DNA of 64,000 nucleotides from Dendrobates tinctorius (Eukaryota). Positions 53,901 to 64,000 of the stretch are shown piece after piece. The DNA lies in assembly GCF_039654945.1 (NCBI RefSeq), contig NW_027361882.1, forward strand, positions 1,736,001-1,800,000. Reading direction: 5' to 3'. Position 1 is the stretch's first letter. Each line of letters starts with the position of its first letter. The notes beneath the pieces were generated by a model. It was given only the letters and a program-made list of their open reading frames with translations, did no database searches and had not been told where the DNA came from. The position numbers and the translations under genes are program-made.

Positions 53901-55422
53901 ATTGTACAGGTGGAGGTGAGCTGTGATATCACCTATTGGGAATGGTGGATCCCGTGTTATCTACTGTATATAGAGGACTTATCAGTCATTGTACAGGAGG
54001 GGGAGGAGGTGAGCTGTGATATCACCTATTGTGAATGGTGGATCCTGTGTTATCTACTGTATACAGAGGTGTTACCAGTCATTGTACAGGAGGGGGAGGA
54101 GGTGAGCTGTGACATCACCTATTGGGAATGGTGGATCCCGTGTTATCTACTGTATATAGAGGTGTTATCAGTCATTGTACAGGAGGAGGAGGAGGTGAGC
54201 GGTGATATCACCTATTGTGAATGGTGGATCCCGTGTTATCTACTGCATACAGAGGTGTTACCAGTCATTGTACAGGAGGGGGGAGGAGGTGAGCGGTGAC
54301 ATCACCTATTGTGGAAGGTGGATCCTGTTATCTACTGTATATAGTGGTGTTATCAGTCATTGTACAGAAGGAGGAGGTGAGCTGTGACATCACCTATTGT
54401 GAATGGTGGATCCTGTGTTATCTACTGTATACAGAGGTGTTACCAGTCATTGTACAGGAGGTGGAGGAGGTGAGCTGTGACATCACCTATTGTGAATGGT
54501 GGATCCTGTGTTATCTACTGTATATAGAGGTGTTATCAGTCATTGTACAGGAGGAGGAGGAGGTGAGCTGTGACATCACCTATTGGGAATGGTGGATCCT
54601 GTGTTATCTACTGTATACAGAGGTGTTATCAGTCATTGTACAGGAGGAGGAGGAGGTGAGCTGTGACATCACCTATTGGGAATGGTGGATCCTGTGTTAT
54701 CTACTGTATATAGAGGTGTTATCAGTCATTGTACAGAAGGAGGAGGAGGTGAGCGGTGACATCACCTATTGTGGAAGGTGAATCCTGTTATCTACTGTAT
54801 ATAGTGGTGTTATCAGTCATTGTACAGGAGGAGGAGAGCTGTGACATCACCTATTGTGAATGGTGGATCCTGTGTTATCTACTGTATATAGAGGTGTTAT
54901 CAGTCATTGTACAGGAGGAGGAGGAGGTGAGCTGTGACATCACCTATTGGGAATGGTGGATCCTGTGTTATCTACTGTATATAGAGGTGTTATCAGTCAT
55001 TGTACAGGAGGAGGAGGAAGTGAGCTGTGACATCACCTATTGGGAATGGTGGATCCTGTGTTATCTACTGTATATAGAGGTGTTATCAGTCATTGTACAG
55101 AAGGAGGAGGAGGTGAGCGGTGACATCACCTATTGTGGAAGGTGAATCCTGTTATCTACTGTATATAGTGGTGTTATCAGTCATTGTACAGGAGGAGGAG
55201 AGCTGTGACATCACCTATTGTGAATGGTGGATCCTGTGTTATCTACTGTATATAGAGGTGTTATCAGTCATTGTACAGGAGGAGGAGGAGGTGAGCTGTG
55301 ACATCACCTATTGGGAATGGTGGATCCTGTGTTATCTACTGTATATAGAGGTGTTATCAGTCATTGTACAGGAGGAGGTGAGCTGTGACATCACCTATTG
55401 TGTATGGTGGATCCTGTGTTAT
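50936..55422. repeat. 87-93-bp satellite (~49 units) with an embedded (GAG)n tract
   Basis: Unit GGTGGATCCTGTGTTATCTACTGTATATAGAGGTGTTATCAGTCATTGTACAG(GAG)nGTGAGCTGTGACATCACCTATTGTGAAT. Confidence 0.96.
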
Positions 55423-57140
55423 TGTTTTTTAGTAATGATCTTGATAGAAATACAAAAAAAACATCGCCAACATTTTTGTCTAATAATTTGTGCAGCACAA
55501 AGACCTGATGTAAGCTGTGGGTTATTTTTTGATGATCGCTTCACTTTAACCCCGGCAGGTAGTGGATATTCCAAGGTTGTGAACCCCAGAGTGACGGCTG
55601 TTAGTCATGGTGACCTTATATTGTGCCCATGGAGGCTGCGGTCAGGGCCGGCAGAGGACAGATGGAAGAGACCGCAGAGGTCAGGATAGGCGGCCGACAA
55701 TTGCACAGGGTCAGATAAGAAACCCAGCGGGACCAAGAGCAGAGAGGATCAGGAACACAATGGGGCAGAACCCTGCGGACGTCCGAGGTCGCCCATCACA
55801 ATATATGGGCACATGGACCCGGGGACGAGGGAGGAAGATGCAGGGGAGCGTGGAGACGAAAAGAAGGAAGATAGGAGCCAAGAGAGGGACTGGTCAGGAG
55901 ACAAAATGGAAGACAGCAGATGTGCGGCCTGCCATGATGAGAGGAGACGTTATGGCTTCTTGGAATGATGTATTGGCTCGGTGATTCCACAATTCATGGA
56001 AACGGAAGTCCGGAGACATTTGTAAGTTGGAGCCCTGTAACCCTAGGATTATTTCTCAGGACAATGTTCACTGTCTGGTCTCTTTTTTACAGGGTTTGTC
56101 CGTGACTACGATATTGTTAACCAGTTATTTTATCACTCACAGACCCAATGTCCAACCATTGAGCTGTTGTCAGGTCCCACAGCGGCGAGAAGTGTATGGC
56201 GCCACAGTATGATAATCTTGGGTACTGCAGCTCAGCACCCATGGAAGTGAATAAGATCCGAGCTGCAGTACCCAAGATCGGCCACTAGGCGTTGTATGGA
56301 GCTGTCCTGACTCTGTACACTGTTCATTTCCAGCCACCATGGGATCTGCAGATCACTGATTGGTGGAAGGTTTGGGTGTCAGACCCCCACTGATATTATA
56401 CTAGTGGTCTATCGTAAGGAAAATTACCAAGAGATTATTTCTGAGAATCCACACTAGATCTAAGACATTTTTTTCAACTAGCTAATCTAATAGCGATGAA
56501 GTTTTTTGTTCAGTTTTTCCAATCTCATGGAGAAATTATTGGTATTAGTCCTGTATACAATTTTGTCCTCAGTGTTCCTTTATATGCCCCCATGGTGCTA
56601 ATTTCTGTGTACTTACCTTGCTGAGTATGAATTTTGTGAAGATTGTTATGTAATAAGCATTGCTGTCATTTTATTCTCTGCCTGTCTTTCTGCCATTTAC
56701 TGGTGGTGGATATGGAATTTTCAGAATCATTATTGAGGTGGTGAGAAAAATATTCAGGACATTTGCTTGACGTATCGTAAGGATAGGTAACCAATGGCTG
56801 AGTCCTAGACAGCCCCTCTACCTGTAGAAAGGCGAATAAGCTGGAGGTTAATGAAATAAACCATGGACTCGATCCCCCGACTCCGCAGAAGACTCCGGTA
56901 ATATCCGCAGCTCAGTGTCTCTGCTCCGCATTCTCTAGAAGGAACGTTCAGCGTTAACTGGAATTCTATTTCCTTTTTTTTGCTCGAGGCTTCAAACCAA
57001 ATGATGAGATCTTCCTCACAACCGAGTCCAGGAGAATTCCACCATCTGTCGGCCCGTGCTGGCGACAGCGGACACATTGCCTCAATAAAGAGATTCTGAA
57101 TTATTAAACCGGTTGGCCTGCTCTTTATGTACATAGCACG

Positions 57141-58180
57141 GCCGGGGTGGGACCAGCGCGGCTGGGGTCGGATCTGCGCGGCTGGGGTCGGATCTGCGCG
57201 GCTGGGGTCGGATCTGCGCAGCCTGGGTCGGATCTGCGCAGCCGGGGTCGGATCTGCGCAGCCGGGGTCGGATCTGCGCAGCCGGGGTCGGATCTGCGTG
57301 GCTGGGTCGGAGCAGTGCAGCCGGGGTTGGATCTGCGCGGCCGGGGTTGGATCTGCGCAGCCGGGGTCGGATCTGCGTGGCCTGGGTCGGAGCAGTGCAG
57401 CCGGGGTTGGATCTGCGCGGCCAGGGTTGGATCTGCGTAGCCGGGGTCGGATCTGCGTGGCCGGGGTCGGATCTGCGTGGCCAGGGTCGGATCTGCGTGG
57501 CCGGGGTCGGATCTGCGTGGCCGGGGTCGGATCTGCGTGGCCGGGGTCGGATCTGCGTGGCCAGGGTTGGATCTGCGCGGCCAGGGTTGGATCTGCGTGG
57601 CCGGGGTCGGATCTGCGTGGCCGGGGTCGGATCTGCGTGGCCGGGGTCGGATCTGCGTGGCCGGGGTCGGATCTGCGTGGCCGGGGTCGGATCTGCGTGG
57701 CCGGGGTCGGATCTGCGTGGCCGGGGTCGGATCTGCGTGGCCGGGGTCGGATCTGCGTGGCCGGGGTTGGATCTGCGCGGCCGGGGTTGGATCTGCGCAG
57801 CCGGGGTCGGATCTGCGTGGCCGGGGTCGGATCTGCGTGGCCGGGGTCGGAGCAGTGCAGCCGGGGTCGGATCTGCGTGGCCGGGGTCGGATCTGCGTGG
57901 CCGGGGTCGGATCTGCGTGGCCGGGGTCGGAGCAGTGCAGCCGGGTTTGGATCTGCGCAGCCGGGGTTGGATCTGCGCGGCCAGGGTTGGATCTGCGTAG
58001 TCGGGGTTGGATCTGCGCGGCCAGGGTTGGATCTGCGTAGTCGGGGTCGGATCTGCGTGGCCTGGGTCGGAGCAGTGCAGCCGGGGTTGGATATACGCGG
58101 CCGGGGTCGGATCACGCAGCCGGGGTTGGATCTGCGTGGCTGGGTCAGATCTGCGCGACCGGGTCGGATCTGTGCGGCCG
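57141..58180. repeat. 20-bp CpG-rich minisatellite (~51 units)
   Basis: Unit CCGGGGTCGGATCTGCGTGG. Confidence 0.95.
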
Positions 58181-59975
58181 GCGCTGATAAGGTCATATTA
58201 AAGCTAGGTCATAAATGCTCAGATAACGACTCCAGCGCAGACACAGAACCGGACATCAGCCCTCCGCAGGTTTAGGAATTAATCTGCTGAAAAGTGGAAA
58301 CATTGTATCGGAATGTTGGGAAACAAAGTGTCTGATCTTAGATTCGTGACCCTCTAAAGCCCCCCAGGGGATGATTCTTCAAACATTTACTTTCTGCTCG
58401 ATATCATGTAACGTCTTTTGACTTTTGGCATTTTCGCCCCAGTCTTGGCCGGTTCGCCCTACAGTATGTGGATCTCAGTCAGGAGGGAACGCCGGCAACA
58501 AATTTTTTCAAACACAAAAGTAGCAATATTTTATTTCTAGATTCCAAATGAAAGGGTCTCAATGTCTTGTGGTTCATCGTCATCTGCAGTCTGACTTTAA
58601 AGAGGTCAGATGTGTTTTCAGGAGCGCCCCCGCTCCTCTGCCTCCTGGCTTCCTGCGTGGCGGTGGGGAAGTGGGGCAGTGCGGTCATGATGATGGACAG
58701 CTCGGATCTGCAGCATGGCTGAGCCGCTGCACCAAACCGTGCGCCAGTGGTGAACAGCACGGAACAGCACAGGTGGACTGAATCAGATCCAGCTATCCCG
58801 TCAGACGCAGAGCAGCACTCGCAAGCTCTATAGGAGAGAGTTTGTAAGTGCTGCGCTCCTTGGCTAGGAGACAAGGCCACCGCTGATTGCCTAGTCCACC
58901 TCCGTAGTCTATGAGAAGTACACAGAAGAATTAAAAAGTCTCTCCGGATACAATTTTATATAAAAGCTGATTTACAGTGTAATTCTCAATTTTGCCTATT
59001 TGAGAAGATGAGACAGCCCCTTTAAAAGGAATCTGTCAGCAGCTTTTTGCTATGTAATCTGAGAGCAATATGATGTAGGGACTGAGCCCCTGGTTCCAAT
59101 GATATGTCACTGACTGGACTGTGTGTTGTAGTTTCAATAAAATCAGTGCTTTATCAGCTGGAGATTATCACTTCTGACTACGCCCTCCAATATTAATAGA
59201 CATTGAAAACACAACATGCTGCAAACAGGCAGTCCACCACTAGGGGGAGCTTAGGAACTCTGTGCATACGCATTACACATAGAACTCAATGGTGTCACAG
59301 TATACAGTGAGCTCCCTCTGGTGGTGGCTGCAGGCAGCTAAGGTTTTATTATTTACTTCTATATCTGTGCTGGGGATTTGGAGCTTTGTGTCAGAAAAAA
59401 ATAGCTCTGACTTCTGTAACAATAAATAAGGAATATAATATGCACAGATGAGATTGACAGGCACGAGGTCAATAAAATGTTATTGTTGTAATTGTCATTA
59501 TGGACAGTCGAGGCCGGGCGCTACATCACCTTTAATATATAATATCTTGGAAATGTTTGCAGAAGTTTCCAATGACAGCGGGAAATCTCCGCTCTCCGGG
59601 CCACTAATTCGCATTTTCTCATTAGCAATTATCAGAGCGCAGCCCTCGCTCTATTACTTATTGATGCCGCCGGTCGCCACCATCTACTCTACGACATTAA
59701 ATAAGGACGGGGCGATTTTACAGTCAGGGTCTTACTGCAATACTTCTGCCTGGTCTATCATCAGGGCGGCCGCAGACGACCAGGAGGAAATCTTTGGTGG
59801 AGAGAGAGCAGGAGTCACACTGCCTCCAATCTGGAGGACGCGGGTGTTCGGGAGGTCGTACATGTCCCAATGGGGCCTGAAAGAAATTAACGTGCAGTGA
59901 AATTAGATCACGGCTGATCCCTTGGGGTCCTCGGATGAAAAGAACAAAAAAAAAAAGGATTGAAGTTCCCCTTAA

Positions 59976-60280
59976 AGGGAACTTTCTGCACTTTTTTGTG
60001 TAAGGAAGTAAGGCTGTAGCTGCATAGGTTCTGGTCTCCTAATTAAAATGATACCTTGAGTGTAGAGATGCGATGTGCCAGTCATGAGATATCTGGCATA
60101 AAAGCCGTATGCAAATCAGGCTGGGAGTGAATTGGGGGCGTGTCGGCACCTTAGGCCTGCTTCTTCTTCTTTATGTCTCATGACTGGCACATCGGATCGT
60201 TACAGGAAAGGTATCATTTTTATTGGGGGACAAGCGCCCACGCAGTCATACCACTCTTTCCATATGTAGCCGGGATCCTT
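59976..60280. mobile_element. T2/Kolobok-type MITE (diverged)
   Basis: TTAA|AGGGAAC...GATCCTT|TTAA with internal inverted arms AAAATGATACCTT...GATGTGCCAGTCATGAGA / TCTCATGACTGGCACATC...AAGGTATCATTTT. Confidence 0.72.
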
Positions 60281-60695
60281 TTAAGCTTTGCAATCATTCT
60301 CGAACTGTACCCTTCAGTTTTTAGCTAATTTATGTTTCCTATCATTTCACAGACTGCTGATAGTTTTATAGCTGAAAGTGTTGAAAAAAGACACAAGATC
60401 CTGAAATCCAACTTATCTCCCCACCGTATTGTTTAAAAAGAAATTGTCCACCCGTTTTTACACTTGGAAGCCGCTGTTCGGCCGTGTAGCCACCTGTCTT
60501 TTTTGTAGAGATCTGAAGTGGCAGTCATGAGAAATCTAGAGTAAAAGTGATATAGAAATTAGGCTGAAAGTTCATGGGGCGTGTTATTGCATGTGAAGAT
60601 GCATTGACACACCCCAGTGCACCTTTATCCTAATTTGCATATGCCTCTTACTCCAGATTTCTCATGATTGCTATCAAGTATCTCTACAATAAAGG

Positions 60696-61244
60696 TGTCA
60701 TGCTACTGCAGTGCAGTATAGCACAACCTCCACCAGGGAGTGCTGGTGAGGAAAGAGAGTGTAGCGACACTGAGCTGCAGCACAAGCGCCACCAGGTGGC
60801 GAAAGAGTGGTTAGACAAGCCGAGTCAGAAACAGCAAGGAGCAGAAGTACCAGAGGTCACAGCAGTACAAGTGGTCAAGAACGATCCAGGGGATCAGCAA
60901 TGGTCGGAAGCGGATAAGACAAAGACAAAAGACAGAAGCAGGTCTGAGTGCAAGCCGAGTCAAAACCAGGGAGTCAGCAAATTTACAGGGAAACACTGAG
61001 TCAGGACAGACAGAGGGAATAAACAGACACGGGGAGAGTAAGAGATCACAGCAGGACAAATCAGGATATAACAGAGTCAGATACACAAGCCGAAGGCAGA
61101 ACTATAGCTGACACCGCCTGCAGGATGCTGCGGAGCTAAATAGGAAACCTGAAACCAGACTGAGGCTGAGAAAAGTTAACCCCTGAAATGACCCGACCGG
61201 GAACATGGAAAGATAGGACTCAAAACCTGGTCTGGATCATGACG
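60696..61244 (-). mobile_element. Solo LTR (Gypsy-like), orientation tentative
   Basis: TGTCATG...CATGACG termini (final A probably mutated to G) with a perfect 5-bp duplication AAAGG (60691-60695, 61245-61249). Confidence 0.78.
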
Positions 61245-61609
61245 AAAGGTATGATTTTTGTAGAGGGACGACCCCCAGTACAGCCATACTGACTCCAAAT
61301 GTAACAACATGCTGAAAGGTTCCCTAATATTTGCATACAGTTCCCCCAAATCATTGCATGGGTCCCCTGTTGGTCTCAGATCTTTCATGACCCCTGCAGC
61401 CAATAAGTGAGAAAGGAGGAAAGGAGACTGCCGGGGCCCCCCGCGGCAGTATGGAGGAGGCGTGGAGGATCAGTAGCATGGTATGTTGTTGTTTTCCCAG
61501 AAACCCACAAAAGACCTGATTTATACATCTCATTAAATATATTTTGGGGTATCTCCCTGTTGTTTCCCATGGTGGCCGCCACAGACAAAAGTGTACATAT
61601 ACATGGACT

Positions 61610-62258
61610 ACTTGGAGTATTGTGTGCAATTTTGGACGCTGGTGCTCAAGAAAGACATTACTGAACTTGAAAGGGTTCAAAGGCGGGCGACTAAAATGAT
61701 AAATGGAGTTGGTTCACTACAATACCCAGAAAGGTTATCAAAATTAGGTCTATTTACTCTAGAAAAGAGAAGACTTAGGGGAGACTTAATATATATGTAC
61801 AAGTCTATCAGAGGGCAATACAGAGATCTCTCCAATGAACTGTTTGTACCAAGGACTGTGACAAGAACAAGGGGGCGTTCTCTTCGTTTGGAGGAAAGAC
61901 AATTCCTGCACCAGCATAGAAGAGGGTTCTTCACGGTAAGAGCAGTGAGGCTCTGGAATTCTCTTCCTGAGGAAGTGGTGATGGCCAACTCACTGAATGA
62001 ATGTAAGAAAGGAATGGAGGCTTTTCTTGTGAGTAACAGTATAGAAGGTTACGAATAACAGAATATTATAGGTAGATGGGTGACCCAGCTTAGGGGAAGG
62101 AATTTTTTTCCCTATGGAGAAAATTGGCTTCTACTCTGTGGGTTTTTTGTCTTCCCCAGGATCAACAGTGCAGAACAGCTGCACTAAAAATAGGCTGAAC
62201 TAGATGGACATAAGGTCTTCCTTCAGCCTTCAAAATTATGTTACTATGTTACTATGTA
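61610..62258 (+). mobile_element. CR1 LINE, 5'-truncated 3' fragment
   Basis: LEYCVQFW...LERVQRRATKMI...LGLFTLEKRRLRGDLI...FFTVRAVRLWNSLP to stop at 62058; tail (CTATGTTA)n. Confidence 0.93.
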
Positions 62259-63611
62259 TCAGTGTCAGATCTTCAGTGTTATCCATAAAAATATAGAATA
62301 AAATATTTACAAAAATGTCAGGGGTGTACTAACCTTTAGGACATAGTGTACACATATAGGCACAGTATCGGCCAGCAGATAAAGGAAGCAGAACTTCCTT
62401 TTGTTTTTCATGCAGTGGAGATAGGAACGCTTCCTTCAGCCGGGAATCGCCGTCTACCGGTCGTGAATCCTACAGAATATCGTCCCGATAAAATCAATCT
62501 CTCGGCCTCTCTTTTAGACTCCAGGAAATCCCGCTTTCCCCTAGCATTGAGGAGTCTTTTTGTTTTAAAGACCATCAGCAACAAATTGATTTCCAGCATC
62601 CATGATGTTCCAATAATAAAGCCACTTTGGAGCCTCTGATTTGGCCGGGGGCAGCCAATCCGTCAGTATTTACTTATTGATTTCCTGTCACTGGTGAAAA
62701 CCATAATGCTTAAGATGTAGGAAGACCTCGACGCGCGTCCACTGCACAGTGCGGGAAACTTTACTGATCCGGGCTGGCGTCAGCGTCCGGCACCATTCAC
62801 ACGGTCACGACCCGAATCATCTAACCGTCCACTGTTTGATGAGGACTTGTCCCACTCTGTGGGTTGTAAAGTAGAGCATTAATAAAACTGAAGACGCACG
62901 TCGGAAGCTGTATCCATTTCCATCAGCGTCTGGGGCTTCTCACAACAAATAAATGTGGGTAATAATCTACAGGAAGGGTGAACGCGGTCTTTTCTTCAAC
63001 CGGTGGAACTATATGTTTAGCTACGTACAGTTTATGTAAGATTGGGAAAGTTATTAGAGGGTTCAAAAAGTTTGTGAAAACTTTTTATATTACTAATCAG
63101 AACCTTTGTTCCCCTTTAATCACAGGAAAGGCGAGAAAAATAGCTACTCACTAGTGCCACCTATAGGTAGATACCTATCACGCTGAAGTCTGACCCTTCA
63201 CGGAGCCCTTGAAGCAGCAAGTAGTTTTCACTGGTTTGAATGATATCCTTAGGCCATATGCATACGGCATCCTCCAGACAGTTTTTCCCCGTGAAGCCGC
63301 TTCTGGGGAATGCTGACTTGTTTTCCTAACGCAGCTTTGCTGCGACGTCTTTTGCTTTCTACTGTGAAGCCGCCCGTAGTTTGAGCATGCCACTTTATTT
63401 TTTTCTTTTTTTTTTTATAACTGTTCCTGGGTTTACAAAGTGACATAAAATAAAACATGTGAACACTAATGTGGTTTTGCTGTTGATGTCATTTTGTCCA
63501 TTTTATGTGGCAGTTTTGCAGCAATTTTTCGACCAAAATCCACCTGAAAAGACGCCGTGTGCACGTAGCCTTAGCCACGTCTCTATGAAGAATCTGACAC
63601 TGAATTACTGC

Positions 63612-64000
63612 TAGAGATGAGCGAGTTGATTCGAGGCAAAACACAATTGCCGCAAATTTCACAACAAGTTTGGATTTGCCAGTACTAGTGATGAGCAAAA
63701 GTCCTCGGATAAGGTGTTATATAAGCATTCTCGGGTGCTAACAGAGTGACTTCTGCTCGCTCGAAAAATATGTTCTAGTCCCCGCGGCTGCATGTCTCGT
63801 GGTTGTTCGACAGCAACAGCTCATGCAGGGATTGCCTAACAAACAGGCAATGCCCTGTATGGTTTGCAGCTGTCAAACAACCACGAGACATGCAGCCGCG
63901 GGGACTAGAACATATTTTTCAAGCACGCCGAAGTCACTCTGTTAGAACCCAAGCGGGCTCCGATAACACCTTCGAATTAAGGAAAATGTTGGATTATTTT
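63612..64000. mobile_element. Nested hAT-type MITEs, the outer one running off the window
   Basis: TAGAGATGAGCG terminus at 63612 and a second TAGTGATGAGC terminus at 63686, followed by a ~265-bp internal palindrome (63711-63972). Confidence 0.7.

Noticed and set aside
55545-56045. Possible decayed LTR
   Set aside because: LTR-like composition, but no TG...CA termini or target duplication could be placed.
51114-58275. ORFs of 450, 463 and 382 aa
   Set aside because: Products of the 87-93-bp and 20-bp tandem repeats.
58622-58843. Possible next ADGRB1 exon (ttttcag acceptor, gtaagt donor)
   Set aside because: The phase-1 frame hits TGA after ~33 codons and no frame convincingly resembles the expected BAI1 sequence.

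Overview
Eukaryotic, repeat-rich intronic DNA, most likely from a frog (inferred from the repeat families: CR1 and L2 LINEs, T2/Kolobok-type MITEs, Tc1, Helitrons). Only one host coding exon is supported: a 159-bp + strand exon (37422-37580) encoding the first thrombospondin type-1 repeat of ADGRB1/BAI1, so the window is mostly two large introns. Roughly 40% of it is tandem repeat (about 15 unit types, 20-93 bp), and many arrays sit inside non-autonomous transposons. The standout is a 3.08-kb element (7004-10084) inserted in a 35-bp satellite. It encodes only an L1/Tx1-type ORF1 (coiled coil, ZCCHC3-like RNA-binding region, three CCHC knuckles) and has no endonuclease/reverse transcriptase ORF2. 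It is a candidate ORF1-only, satellite-targeting non-LTR retroelement. Other notable items: a cluster of minimal hammerhead-ribozyme motifs (32.6-33.5 kb), two Helitron-like elements inflated by minisatellites, a MITE whose flanks are inverted copies of each other, and three solo LTRs. Most long ORFs in the ORF track are artefacts of tandem repeats. No searches were run, so family assignments rest on recognised motifs.
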